DNA of 64,000 nt from Chrysomallon squamiferum. Its lineage: Eukaryota; Animalia; Mollusca. A model generated the notes under the pieces. That model was not told where the DNA came from. It was given only the letters and a program-made list of their open reading frames with translations, and did no database searches. Position numbers and translations under genes: made by a program. Where the stretch lies: positions 1,426,001-1,490,000 of the forward strand of contig CM022678.1 of assembly GCA_012295275.1 (NCBI GenBank). The letters run 5' to 3'. This document shows positions 25,531-40,131 of the stretch, in pieces; within the stretch, counting starts at the first letter, position 1, and the number at the start of each line of letters is the position of its first letter.

Positions 25531-26019
25531 ACACAACACAACTTAAAGGAGGTATTATTTGTGTATTGACAAAGGAGTTTTTGAGAAAAGAATGCTATTA
25601 ATACTGAGCGTGTTAATGATGTGTTTATTGAAGATTTGTTTACTCTGAGAAAGAACCCAGCTTTGTGGAGTGACACCTGTGTATAATGATGTCCTCAGTT
25701 GTGTAAATAGTTCACTGAGTAAAGTTGTAGGTGTTTGTATGTGTGTGTGTGTGTGTGTGTGTGTCTGTCTGTCTGTCCTTATTTGGCTGTTTATTTGTTT
25801 ATTCTATTTTATTTATTTATGTATTACTTTATTTATTTATTTATTTTATTTATTTATTTATTTTTATTTATTTATTTATTATATTTATTTATTTATTTAC
25901 TTCTGCTTTAATTAATTGTGTTACTTACTGAAGTTATATACAAACATAATTTTTTTACAAGCTGTAATAAATATTAAATAGACATGTTAAGATATCTAAT
26001 TATAAACAAAATTTTTTGC

Positions 26020-26330
26020 TTATTAAAGTATCAAAGTATAGTAATAAATATTAAAAGTATCTACATGTTAAAAACACTAATATATATATTAAAGTATCAA
26101 AGTATAGTAGTGAAAAAATACTAATAGTAAGTGTTTATTAAAGTATCTAAGTATAGTAGTGAAAAAACACTAATAGTAAGTGCTTATTAAAGTATCTAAG
26201 TATAGTAGTGAAAAAACACTAATAGTAAGTGCTTATTAAAGTATCAAAGTATAGTATCAAAGAAACACTATAGTAAGTGCATATTAAAGCATCTAACTAT
26301 AGTAGTGAAAGAAATACTAACAGTAAGTAA
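26020..26330. repeat. 49-bp minisatellite
   Basis: Unit attaaagtatctaagtatagtagtgaaaaaacactaatagtaagtgctt. Confidence 0.9.
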
Positions 26331-26873
26331 CTAACTGTAAACAAAATAAAACAAAACCACACACATGACAACAGCAACCATGTAAACATTTTAACAGTCA
26401 ACAAATGTAAACATTCCAGAAATTAATTATTTTTCATCATTAAAAAGACATTAAACCTTGATTCATGATCTATTAAAAACTAACAAAAAAAAAAGAAAAT
26501 GATTTATTTGGCACAGATATTTTTCAATCCATGTAAAATGTACCATGGCCTCCATATAAATGAACTCAGCTTTAACCAATCAAATTGCAGCTAACAAAAC
26601 GTATGACAAAATGAGGTATATTAACTTTGTACGAATGTGAATATCTGTTTGTATTTGTATACTTGTTTCTAGACAACATATATATACATTTGATAAAGAA
26701 AATTAAGGGGTAGAGTAAGACAGATATCACACCAGTGTGAAATACGAATTTAACTAAATTAAAAGTGGTTTAAGTAGATAAGTCACTGATGTCAAGAAAG
26801 AAAAAAAAAAATAAAATATGATTTGTTGCTTGTTGACTTGTTAAGTCTTATCAGTGTGAATAGAAAGATCAAA

Positions 26874-26915
<42 letters not shown>

Positions 26916-27409
26916 AGAATGAGTAACAGAGGATCATAGAGGGAATGAGAGGAAAGAGGAGAGAGAAAAAATAGCAGAAAGAAATGGAGAAAAGATAGAA
27001 TGAATGAGAAAAGAAAAAAAAAAAAAAAGAAAAAAAAAAAAAAGAGAAAATAAATAAATAAAATAAAATAAATAAATAATACAAGTTTAAAAATATATAA
27101 AAAACAAAAAAACAACAACACAGAAAAACAAAAAAAATAATAATGTCCCAAAAAAAAAAAAAAGAAAGAAATGAGATCATTTTTTGTTTGTCTACCTGCA
27201 CAAATTAACACAAACTAATAGCAGACTTTCCAGTAACAGCAAACCTGAGTCTAAACATGTACTGTGCTGTCAGTTTTTTCACCCCCGCACCACCCCACAC
27301 AGAGATTTAATTACTCTGAGCTGCTCTGGAAGAGGAAAGACCAGTGAAAGCAGAAATCATTTCTAGATTATGGAGACTGATGGGAGACTCAGGTAAAAGT
27401 GTTTATAAC

Positions 27410-27785
27410 AGTCACAAAGTGATCAATGGGGAAAAAAAAAAAAAAAAATTCACTTATCAAAAAGTGATTGATAGAAAAAATGTAATTCTGAAAACTTGAT
27501 CAATAATTTTTTTTGAACTATCATAAAGTGACTGATGGAAAAACAGAGCTATCAAAAAGTGATCAATGGAAAAAAAATTGTACAATGAAGTAAATTGTGA
27601 ACAGTCAAAAAGTTACTGATACATTTTTTGAACTTAATAAAAGTGATGGATAAAAAATTTTGAACTTTCAAAAAGTGATCAATGGAAATTTTGAGAACTG
27701 TCATAAAGTGATTGAAGAACTGTTTTGGAACTGTTCCAAAATGAACAATGAACAATGTCTGAACAGTTGTCAGAAAGTGACTTTC
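27410..27785. repeat. Degenerate approximately 30-bp repeat (aaaagtgatcaatgg core)
   Basis: Recurrent aaagtga(t/c) with gaact/gaaca. Confidence 0.7.
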
Positions 27786-28766
27786 GTCTGAAAAGATTTA
27801 CAGAGCAGTTAAAACTGTCTCTGACAGGCTGCAGTTCACAGGTTCAACACACACCATTACCCAGCCACGCTCCAGTGACTTACTACAACTACAACAACAA
27901 CAGGTGATACCAGTGTTATGTCACAGGCAGACATTTAAACAGATCTCAGTGTGAATGGAAATGTTTTCAGTTCAAGGGAAAATTCTGTGAATTTAATTTT
28001 CTTTGGAGAACTTTATAATAAATTAGTTTAAATTTTGTAGGACATACATATATACATACTTAGAGATGTACATACATTCATACACACAGACACACACACA
28101 CACACATACACACATACAGAAACACACACACATATACATAATTAGTCTGGAAAAATAAACTAATTTTCTCATGAAATGAAATAAAAATACTAATTATTTA
28201 CAACTGTCTTTGAAGAAAATAATAATTAAAAACAAAAATCCATTTAAAACCACTGATTAAATAATTATAAAGTACTTAATCCCTTTAAATGTTGTGCTAA
28301 CTAATCCAAACTGAAGAAAGTCACCTGTTAAAATTTTTAATTAATTTAGAATTGTGTCATACAGAATCCAGATATTAAATAAATGAAATCCATTATTGAA
28401 AAACTGATTATGAAATAATATAAATCCAGCACTCAAGATCCAGGGTACAAAATCCATCAGTTACATAATTTAATTATCTCAGTATTAAATATAAAAAAAT
28501 CCACTCAAACTGCAGTGTAAAAATCCAGCTGTTAATGAAAACCCAAGTCACAAAATCCACTTACAAATTTCACTTATCAAACAAAGTAAACAAAACCAAT
28601 GAGTAACTGATAAAAATACAACAAGTTTTATTTTTAATTTTTTAACTATGCACGTGTACATAATTCAGCTATCAAAATACAAGTAATAAATAAAAATAAT
28701 TATTTCTATAGAATCAAATTTATGAATTATTAGATAACAAAAATTCAGTTCTTAAATCCAATTTAA

Positions 28767-28821
<55 letters not shown>

Positions 28822-29872
28822 TAATAACAACAATAACAATAACAAAAATAACAACAATAACAATAACTATAAAAACTATAATAAATTAAAAAAAAAAAAA
28901 ATATATAACGATTAAACAACAACAAAAAATAATAATAATAATAATACAAAATAAAACACCCGTTTATCATAAGCAATTATTAATATTTTAAAATTTTTTA
29001 AAAATAATATTAATTTTTTTTTTAATGATATCTACTTATTAGAAAGGAATAAATACAGAAAGAATTTTTCATAAAATTACTAACATTTTTTTAAACATTA
29101 TTTAACACAAAATTAAATTTCACACTCTTCATATGAATGAAGTTACTATTATTTCTTTTAATGAAAATTTCAATAAAATAATTTTAAAAATTCAGAAAAA
29201 ATTGTTAATAAATATAAAACCCCACCTTTTCATGAAATCCATGCAACACTGAATTAAAATCCATCACTGGATGAAATCCACACACTTTAGATTCAAAAAC
29301 CAAATTTCCACACAAAAAATCTCACAAATTAAATTTTAAAAAAATCCACATTTTATGAAAAAAACAACTAAATCCAGTATATATATATACAGCTTAACAA
29401 TGAATAAAAAACCGGTGTACAAACTTCCAATACATCGACACAGCAAAACTCGACTGGTACCGAACGAACACTTAGAACCTGCTTGTTCATTAACAACAAC
29501 ACCAACCACAGCAATGTTTACTCACTGTTAATCAAAGTCCACGCTGTCATCGTTGTAATCTACTCACTTTCTGTGTGTTCTCGGTTTATTCTTTTGTTGA
29601 CACAGTAAACTTTGTTTGCCCTTTTTGAGAAAATTTCTAAAGAACGAGAACTTTGATTTGTCACCCAGTGATTGTAAACCAAACAATACACGAATCGGTT
29701 TCACTTTTTTTTTTTACAGATTAAGTCACACGTGAAAACACTGAGATTAGAGAACATTAGACCACGTTTCAGTGTAAACAGCTTTCAGAGGTGCTTTTTA
29801 GAAATTGTACAGAACTTCTGTTACTTTGTTGTTGCTTTTGTTATTATTATTATTGTTTTTTCATATATACAG

Positions 29873-29914
<42 letters not shown>

Positions 29915-30196
29915 CATTTATAATAATAATAATAATTATTATTATTGTTATTATCAGTTATTATTATTATTATTATTATTGTTATTGTTATTGTTATTTA
30001 TGAATTTATTAACGTAATAATTTGAGAATTATTTATTTATTTATATTATTATTAATTGTTTATATATTTTATTATAATTTTTAATGAAAAAGCATGTTTT
30101 TCTTGCTTACTTATTTAATTTATAATAATAGAAATATTACTATTATTTTAGTTTTTTTAGTTTATATTTTAGTTTATTTTATTATTATTATTATTA

Positions 30197-30230
<34 letters not shown>

Positions 30231-30452
30231 AATTATTTTATTTTTATTTTATTTTATTTTCTAATGCAAAAAAAAAAACAAATTAACTAGTTATGTAAAA
30301 ATCAATGAAATAAAAACAAAATAAAATAATAAAGAAATTAATTAATAATAATAATTAAAGAAAGTAAATTAAATGAATTAATTAGTTCACTAATTTTTTT
30401 GTTTTGTTTCTTGGATTATTATTATTATTTTAAATTCAACAAATTTTAATAA

Positions 30453-30483
<31 letters not shown>

Positions 30484-31004
30484 ACAATTTCAAGTAAAAT
30501 ATAACAATTTGTTTTTAATTTTTTTTCTCATCTTGAGCTTGATATTATTTAAGCAACAACAAAAAAGAGAAAAAAATAAAGACAAAATAAATACTTAAAA
30601 AATATTACTATATATATGTCTCAGTATTATGTATATTATGCTAGTATAGAGATTAATAACAGATTTTATTATTTCATTATTTATAACACCTCTTAAGCAT
30701 GTAATCTCAACACGTAACAATTGGTTTCTACAGCCTGGGTCTTATTCAAATGACTTAATAAGATTGAGTCATCAGTGTATTTTCTTGCTTGAACATTAAT
30801 AAGATTATGAAACTAAATACATGCACTCAACAAACCATTCTGTTATGTTAAAGCAAATTTACAACAATGAGATCGCTCATGTGAAAATAAGTAAGTAAAT
30901 AAACATTTTAAAAAGATAATTAATTTTAAAAAAAAAATGGGTGTTCATTTTTTTATAAAACATTTTGGCACTAAAACTAAAACTAAAAACTGCTCAAAAC
31001 TGCT

Positions 31005-31160
31005 TAACCTGTCTATTAAGGACATTCTAATGACCAGACAAAAGTGGTTGTAATACACAAGTGGTTGTTTTACTGAGTTAACATATAAAAGAATATACTT
31101 ATAAGGAATCTTAAAGTGGCCATTATAGACAGGTGGTTGATAAACAAAGGTTTCATTGCA
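31005..31160. mobile_element. Degenerate Tc1/mariner-type MITE-like element
   Basis: aacctgtctat ... atagacaggt inverted match, ending ggtttcattgca. A related fragment (cttaagtggccataatagacagg) lies at about 41990-42055. Confidence 0.45.
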
Positions 31161-31539
31161 TTTTTAATCCATAAAAATATTATAACTTGAACAAATTATT
31201 AAAGTGATATATGTGGAAAAAATTCAGTACGAACAACAAGAAATGTTTTGCAGGTACAGGCTGATTTTTCAAGTCATACAAGGTGTATGATTTCCAACAG
31301 TTAATACTGACTTAAATATATAAGTATACAGGTATTTAAACATTACAATAGACAGATTTACAATTCACCTAACAAATCCTTTCTTGTCTGCTGGTTTACA
31401 ATATGAAATATTCTGAAACTGTGAAAATAATCAAGGATGAGACATCTTAAATCACAGTTTAAAAAAAATTCTACAACTGAAGTAAACAAGAAATAAATAA
31501 TTCCTGATATTAAATATATAAAATGACTGAATATAAAAA

Positions 31540-31600
<61 letters not shown>

Positions 31601-31708
31601 AAATGTTGGAGCAATAGACAGGTAGAAACAGGTATTATTAAAAAATAAAATAAAAACTGAAAACATATTAATAAATAAAATAATATTCATAATTCTAAAA
31701 ATAAACTC

Positions 31709-31757
<49 letters not shown>

Positions 31758-32421
31758 TAAATAATAAATAAATAAATATTACATTACAGATTGTTTAATA
31801 TATAAACTCATAGAATGAAAAATATAATTAAAAAAAAAACAAAAATAAAAAAAAAAAAAAACACCTAAGTATACTCATGTATATAAATAATGGAATTTAA
31901 AAAAATAAATAAAAAAGCAACATAAAAATAGAGATAATCTTGTGCACAAATAAGTGAATGAAAATAATTGTTGTTAGATAAATATATAAATAACTGAGAT
32001 AATTATTAATCAAATAAAAACCATTCTGACAGATCACACCATGTATATATATATAGTTTATCACACTGTTGTTTAAAACACAGTGGTATCCTATATCAGG
32101 CATGACTAAATTAAATAATTTGATACTGTTAATAGAACTGAATTTTCTGATTATAAATAGTTATTAACTATGGTTTTGTCAAAATAGATTTTTTTTTTGA
32201 TTTTTATGTTGGTCAATTGCTATTATTATCTGACTGTTATTTGTTTTCTTGAATTTGGTTTGTTTATTTAATTTATTATTAATATGTTATTATATTTTTT
32301 TTGAATCAGAATAGAATTTGTATATCGGTGAAATAATTTTTTTTAGATGCCAGAAAAAATAAATTAATTATATGTTTATTTCATCTAGCATATTTTTTAA
32401 ATATATATATATATTTATAGA

Positions 32422-32540
32422 CAGTGGTACCTTGACTTACAAGTTTAATTTGTTCCATGATTGAGCTTGTATCTCAATTTGCTCGTATATCAAATCAATT
32501 TTCCAACTGAAATTAAGTGAACTACCATTAATCCATTAAA
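32422..32540 (+). mobile_element. Remnant end of a pogo/Tigger-like DNA transposon or MITE
   Basis: Begins CAGTGGTACCTTGACTTACAAGTTTAATTTGTTCC, resembling Tigger-type termini from recall. No clear matching right end. Confidence 0.5.
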
Positions 32541-33545
32541 AATCTTTTTTTTTTTTTTGTTCCAAATAAGTCCCCACTGCAAAAACCACAACATAACAGA
32601 GATTCTTCAACGATGAGGTAACCAAGTGAAGTAAAGAAAAATGAGGGAGAAATGAGGAGAGACAGACAGAAAGAGAAATAGAAATAGACAGAGAGAGAGA
32701 GATAAGAGAAATAGAGATAGAGGAGATAATTATATAAAATTAATGAAAATTTATTTTATCTCAAACTTGAAATATTGAAAAATCAGAACTTGTATAAAAA
32801 TATTTGGTAAACCTGTGACATGTGAACTTCTGATAAACAAGAATTATTAACATTTTCACTTGTCTGTTTCTGTTTTTATTAAAGTTTGTTCAGAAATGTT
32901 CTCACATGTTTTATGTACTAAGACTGTCACTCAGAGAATTACACAGTGCAATATGAAGCCACACACAGAACAGTCTAGAAAGAGGAACAGTTCAAAGTGT
33001 GACAGTTTCAGTGAAATACTGTAACTCTAGTTTCACTTACAAACAATAACTGTTTAAAATGTCTAACACAGTTTTCACTGGACTATCCACAGTTTTATCA
33101 ATGCTGGAATCATGGATGGATGAGTGATGAATTGATGGATGTATGAATAATGGATGGATGATGGATGTACAGATGAATGAACAGATGTATGGAACGACAG
33201 ATGGATGAATGTTTGGATGTGTTACATATTTTTTATAATTAATTACAAACAGATTTATACTAACTTACCTGCAAAATTTCTCTTTATGGTGACAATAAAT
33301 GTCAACATCATCATAAAATAAATTAGGACATTTTCACACACATATGTGTGTGTGTGTATACATGTGTGTATGTGTTTATAAAAAGAAAACGTAACACACA
33401 CACACACACACACACACAGATCTGTACACACACAGATAAACACACACAGATACACACACACAGACACAGAAACACACACACACAGACACACACACAGATA
33501 AACACACACACACACACACACAGAGTAGTTAAAACAAACACTCAC

Positions 33546-34175
33546 CTGGCAGGTGGTTCCACAGCGGCTCGAAGGGGTAGTTGCACAGCCACACAAACCT
33601 GGGCGTGGCGTACATTGGCGTGAAGTCCGAGGGCCAGAATGGCCCGTCTTCGTTGCGGATGATTCCGTATTTGTCTCTGTACGTGCCAAGGTCGTCGAGG
33701 AAGACGAAGCCGCTGGGCAGCTCCCCGGTGCGCGCAGCGTGCAGGAAACCCTGCTTCGTGAAAAACTGCCGCACCTTCGGCTTCAGGGGAGACAACTTGT
33801 CGGAGGACGACAGGTCGTCGCGAATGTTGCGCAGCCCCTCGGAGCAGCTGTCCAGCCCGTACACGCCCGGAAACTCGTCCTGGTTGGAGCGTGACAGCTC
33901 GTCGCGGAACATGAACTCCATCGGGTTGCCTGAGGGGAGGTAGTTGACGTCGACGCCGTTCTTCGACTGCAGCGTCTTCCAGCGCTTGTTTCTGAAGAAG
34001 TTCCGCTCGAACTCCAGGTTGATGTGTGAGTTGATCTGCGCGATTCGCTGCTGCTTCGTCGCGGCCTGCTGTCTGAGCGTGCGCTCCAGGGGGGGCGTCT
34101 CCAGGGCCTCGCGCACTCTTCGGTTCAACTCGTCCTCCATCTGCTGCCGAATGTTCTCCCTCCAAACTGGCTCAT
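33546..34175 (-). CDS. CCP2/3-like N-terminal exon A ((D)EPVWRENIRQQMEDEL...GPFWPSDF...EPLWNHLP)
   Basis: 630-bp GC-rich open frame with acceptor ttggttcag|AT and donor CCAG|GTGAG, phase 1 at both ends. It joins exon 13247-13433 in frame (G|TT = Val). Confidence 0.85.
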
Positions 34176-34561
34176 CTGAACCAAAACAAACGTTTAAATA
34201 AATATCTAAAATGTTTACTTCTTTTTGGTTAAAATATACAGTTATGCTACTGTTATATATAAAATTATAAATACTTACACAAAGTTGTAAAATTATATAC
34301 GTATATATATATATATTATTATTAAAATGTAAAATTATACACTAACACATATATGAATTCATTGATCTGTATTTTTATATTTAAATATTTAATTTAAAAT
34401 GATTTTTTTTTTGTACACTATGTTCTGTTGTATAAGGTGATTCACTGGTTTATTTTTTAAAATAAATTATTAATACTGTTAGGTATTTTTGATGTTTTGT
34501 TATTTTGGGGGTATATACTGACAAATGCATGAATGCCTTGGCCTGTACTTTGTGTTTCTGA

Positions 34562-34612
<51 letters not shown>

Positions 34613-35599
34613 TATAGATGTATGTGGATGTGGATGTGTGTGTGTGTGTGTGTCTATGGCTGATAAACATTTGTCAGATGTGTTATTAATAATAATGATG
34701 ATTATGATAATGGTAAAAGTAATAATAATAATAATAATAGAAAGAAGAAGAAGAAGAAGAAAAGACAAAGAAACCATGCATCTTTATTGCTGCAATAAAA
34801 TTTTCACTTGTTTAGTTTCTCAGATTTTCACTGACCTTCAATGATTATATTTCATCAACTCAGTCTGTTGTGTAAATTTCAACTTACAGTTTCAGAGAAG
34901 ACAGTGTATTATTTCTGATTCTGACTTTTAACAATTTACTATTAGCCGACCCTCACTCTGTAGCAACCATCTACACAATTACATTCAATTCCACAGCCAG
35001 AACTTGTACAACAGCAAATATCAGAGTCCTGATTTGAGATTTGAACCCAGAGACCAGAACTTACCATTACAACACTAACTTTAGACAAACATCTAGAAAA
35101 TCGGTCAAACTTCCTAGTCTGTGATTTGAACCGATGTACCAGAACTTGACACTAGGTCGTTGACCTCCCAGGCCACTGGACACAGACAGAACCACTGCCA
35201 GACCTTGGATCTGAACACCCCCCCTCCCTGCTACCACAGCAACCAAACATAACCTTGGGGGCAAAGACCAGCAAGGCCACTGGTTCTATATGCAGCTGTT
35301 AATCTGATAATCCTTATCCTGATCTTAATCTGCCCCCCTCCCCAGTGATTACAGCAAGGCTGTGTAAGCTAAAATATCATTATCGAAAAACAGTTTGTGC
35401 AGCTCTCTTCTGGTTTCTTCTCTGTTGTAGTCTTTCTTGTGTGCTCTATGAGGTGTGTTTTTGTGTGTGCTCTGTTGTTTCAAGTTTGTGCTGTGTTCGA
35501 TGAAGTGTGACCAGGTGTTGCAGGTAACACTTATCAGGTCGTTTTAGCAGTTTGTCGTTTACAAGACACCATAGATGGTATCTGCTTGTTGAAATGTCT

Positions 35600-35634
35600 G
35601 TCGCCATGGAGACGGCTGTCAGAGAACATGGCGG
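35600..35634. promoter_or_regulatory. X-box-like plus YY1-like motifs
   Basis: GTCGCCATGGAGAC (35600-35613) and AACATGGCGG (35625-35634) in a locally CpG-rich patch 1.4 kb upstream of exon A. Confidence 0.45.
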
Positions 35635-35760
35635 TTGTAGTGTGACAACAACGTGATGATGTAACGACGGAGTTATTCACGTTCAAAGAAATGACTCAGA
35701 TAAATATTCGAATCTTGGTTTGTTTAGAAAGCAGTATATCTGAGATTAACATTATTTAGC

Positions 35761-35793
<33 letters not shown>

Positions 35794-36252
35794 TGTTGTT
35801 GTTGATGTTGTTGTAGTAGTAATAGTAGAAATAATAATTATTGTGGTAATAGTAGTCATAATAGTCATTGCCATAGTAGTAGTAGTAGCAGTAACAGCAG
35901 AAGTACTAGTAACAGTGGTAGTAGTAGTAGAAGTAGCAGCAGTACTAGTAGTAGTATGGGAAATATATATATAAAATTTTAGACATTTAATAGATGAAAT
36001 AAACATAAAATTAAGTTATTTTTGCTGGCATCTAAAATAATTTATTTCATTGATATAAAAAAATCTATTCTGATTTTTAAAAATATATAATAACAGTTCA
36101 CAAATAAACAAAAAAAAAAACCCATTTGACAAAACCATAGTAAAAACAAATTAATTATTTTTATAGTTAAAATGTTAACATTCTATTAACAGTATCAAAT
36201 TATTTAATTTAGTCATGCCTGTAGTACTATGTTTTACATAGTGATAAACAAA

Positions 36253-36284
<32 letters not shown>

Positions 36285-36312
36285 ACACATACACACACAC
36301 ACACACACACAG

Positions 36313-36345
<33 letters not shown>

Positions 36346-36890
36346 ATTACACACAGAAACACACACACACACACACACACAGACACACATATACACAATA
36401 GTAGTTACACACACACATGGACACACACACAGACACACACACAGACACACACACAGCATGACAGTAGTTGTAGTAGTAATAGTGGTTGTAATAGCACTAC
36501 TATTAGTAAGTCATAGTTGCTATATAAATAATAATAGTAGTAGTGATAGCATTACTAATAATAGTTATTGTAGTAGTAGTAGTAGTAATGTAGTAATGGT
36601 TGTAGTAGTAGCAAAGTAGTAGTTGTAGTTGTAATGTTAGTGTTAGTGGTGGTTGTAATAGTATAACAATAATAGTAACAAACAGCAGAAATAGTAGTAA
36701 TAGTAGTAATAGTAGTAGAAGTAGTTGAAGCAGTAGCTGTAGTAGTAATAGTAGCAGTGGTTGTAGTAGTAGTGGTACCAGTAGTAGTAAAAGTAGTATC
36801 AGTAGTAATAGTTGTAATGTTAGTGTTAGTGGTGGTAGTAGTAGCAGTAGTAGTAGCAGTAGTAGCAGCAGCAGCAGCAGTAGTAGTAGT
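36253..36890. repeat. (CA)n followed by degenerate (AGT)n
   Basis: Visible directly. Confidence 0.9.
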
Positions 36891-37105
36891 TTAAAACTTT
36901 GCCATCACAGTTGGTGTTTAATGTGACCAGTTTTTGTGACCTTGTATAAAACCATTGACAGAAACAAGGAGTTGTGTTTAAAACCTCAAACTCATCTAGA
37001 AACGTCTGACACTGGTGTTAAACTGTGATTTAATATCTCACCATGTTCTAGCATACTCTACAAAATGGGTGTGTGTATATGAGTGTGTGTGTGTGTGTGT
37101 GTGCA

Positions 37106-37144
<39 letters not shown>

Positions 37145-37682
37145 ATATATATATCTATCTATAAACATGCATATATATATATATATATTTATGATTTATA
37201 GTGTAAGTAAAAGGAATTATGAGAACTATAAATAAACAGATAAAATTAATGTGAAAATGCTCTGTATGCATTCTCACTTTACTGGGGTTTAGAAAAAAAA
37301 TTTCGACAGTTTATTTTATTTTATTTTATTATTATTATGATTTAAATTTAATGAACAAATATGTAACACATAACAGTTTCTCTGATGCTGATATGACAGA
37401 AGAAACCTGATAACACAGCAAGGGCAACTTTTAATAGCAGCAAGATTTATTTTGTGTACATTTCACATTACACAACAATGTATCTGCATCATTTAGCAGC
37501 AAAACTATATAAACTATGTTATTTGATGAACCAGATAGGAGGTACTGTCTGGAATGGGAAACTGTGGTGGGTTACTGCTATAACCAGTCATGTCTCTGAC
37601 TTATATTTATAACATGGGTATCCAGTCTGTCTGTGTGTCTGTGTGTGTGTGAGCATATACATACAAGTGTCTGACATATCAT

Positions 37683-37730
<48 letters not shown>

Positions 37731-39287
37731 GTAACATAATAATAGTAATAATAATAATAATAATAGTAATAATAACAACAATAATAATAATAACAGCAAT
37801 AATAACAGTAACAATAATAATAACAATAAAAGTAATAATAACAATAATAATAACAGTAATAATAATAATAATAATAATAAAATATGTTTAAAATTAAAAT
37901 CACAATGACTTCATAATCTAAAATGATGTTTTACAACTTTGTCTAGATCTGTGCACAAAATGAAGGCAAAAATATTTTTTAAATAACGAGTTCAACATTA
38001 CTTCAGAGGCAATTAAAAATAATAATAAAAAAAACAAAGGAAAAAAAAACGTTATTTAAAAAAATACACTTACTCATTTTTAAGGTCATGTTTTTTCCTT
38101 AGTAATCCAATTTCACAAAAATAAATCCATATAAAACTATTTTTTTTTTTAAAATAAACAAAATAAAATGAGATGGCGCTATGTCTTCTTAAAATAAAAC
38201 ACCCACAAGAGAAACCAGACAAACTTCATTTTCACTGAAAAGTTTTAAAACTCTTGTCTCCCCATGCTTCACGATTCTGTTGCCATGTTGGATTCTAAAT
38301 CAAGAACAATAACTCCAACCGTCTGCTTCATTAATCCCCATTGTTTCCACTCAGTGTAACATTATATGGCTGTATTCCAGGGTTTATGAGATTAGCATAT
38401 AAATAAATTTGATTCAGGTACATGTTAGCACGGTTCATTGACCAAATTAAACGCTTCATTGGTCACTAATGGTGTTTCGATATTCACAGTCCGCACACTG
38501 TCATTTTGTCAAGTGTTAAACTCTTTCAGTATCACCGGTCTGTTCTGTCATCTGGGTTTTTATATCACAGTTTGACTTGCTTTCAGCTAAGTCAAAGGAA
38601 AAAAAAAACCTATAAACATCATGGGATGAACCTCCTTATTGTGACCACCTGTGTATAAAGGTTGCCAAGGACACGTAACTCTTCCAGTAACATGCCTTAA
38701 AATCAAATAAAATGTGCAGGAACACACCTTAGTAAGAATAAACAAATTTCTGAGACACCATCCTCAAAAAAATTAAAGAAATAAATAAAATTCTGACAAC
38801 CACTTTATAAAGATTGTAATAAACAATTATATTTTTGTACCACTCTGAATAAATTATAAAGAAATGGAAAAAAATTTTAGGCACTAAAAGTTACATTTCT
38901 GATCAGCCAGTTAGTTAAAAATAATGATATGAAATAAAATATTCTGTCATTAATCTTATACCAGTCAAAAGAATAAATACAATTCAGCCACTTTCCTTTC
39001 AAAGATAAATAAAATTTTCAGACCCCCATCTTGCTAGGAATAAATGACGTTTTTGGAAGAATAAGTGGAATTTTAGGATATTTTTTCTTACAATTTAAGC
39101 TTCAAAGAACATACACAGTTTTGATCCACCCACTTAAAAAAAGATCAAAGGATTAAAGCAAAGATAAAAAAAAATATCAACTCATGTAGTACAGAGGTAG
39201 ATGTTTTATCCAACAGCTTACAACTAACCAAAGTAATGTTTACATTTGTAAAGTGTCTGAACTGATAATACATTTTTCAGGTGAAAA

Positions 39288-39320
<33 letters not shown>

Positions 39321-40081
39321 CCAGAGAGACAGAGACAGACAGAGAGAGAGAAAGAGACAGAGAGAGAGAGAGAGTGATGTGCATACACTAAATTTCACTA
39401 TTGTTATTACTTCATTATTATTATTATTGTTGTTACTAATCTGCCTGAACTACACAACTGTGAATTAGGCTTAAGATAATCCTGTGTCTATTTTAATTAA
39501 CAAGGATTAGTAGGTTCATTATGTTTATAACTTAATTAGTTCCTTTGTCATCAATTAATTCTATGTTGATGTAAATCTTAGACTTACATAATTCACATAT
39601 ACATATTTAAAAAATGAATAATTCACACTTACAGACATATGTGCTGATATATGCATACAAGTACTTACAAACATACATATACAAATAAAAAACACATAAA
39701 AAACAATATATACACACATACACAAACACATACAGACACAACGTATATATGTGTGTGTGTGCGTGTGTGTGTGTGTGTCCGTGTGCGTGTGCATATTCAC
39801 ACAGATCTTTATTAATGCAGCCACGAAGCACATGTATGTTCCTAAACTTAAAAATCATACAGTTTATACAATCTGAATCACAGATAGACACAAGCATACA
39901 CATATGTATGCACAGACTCATACACACATACATTTATACACACACACACACACACTCAACCATACATACATTTAAATATACAGACACACATACCTAAATA
40001 CGTACTAACACACACAAACAATAAACACACTCATTCTCTAACAACCTCACTCACACACACAGACACACCCACTTGCATGTG

Positions 40082-40131
<50 letters not shown>

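Noticed and set aside
33542-34201. Overlapping ORFs in other frames and on the plus strand
   Set aside because: Shadow ORFs of a GC-rich exon. Only the MEDELNRR frame fits the splice phases and the shared motif.
34985-35265. tRNA gene or coding exon
   Set aside because: B-box-like GGTTCAAATC occurs twice on the minus strand within degenerate ccagaactt repeats, but I could not build a cloverleaf. At most a SINE-like remnant.
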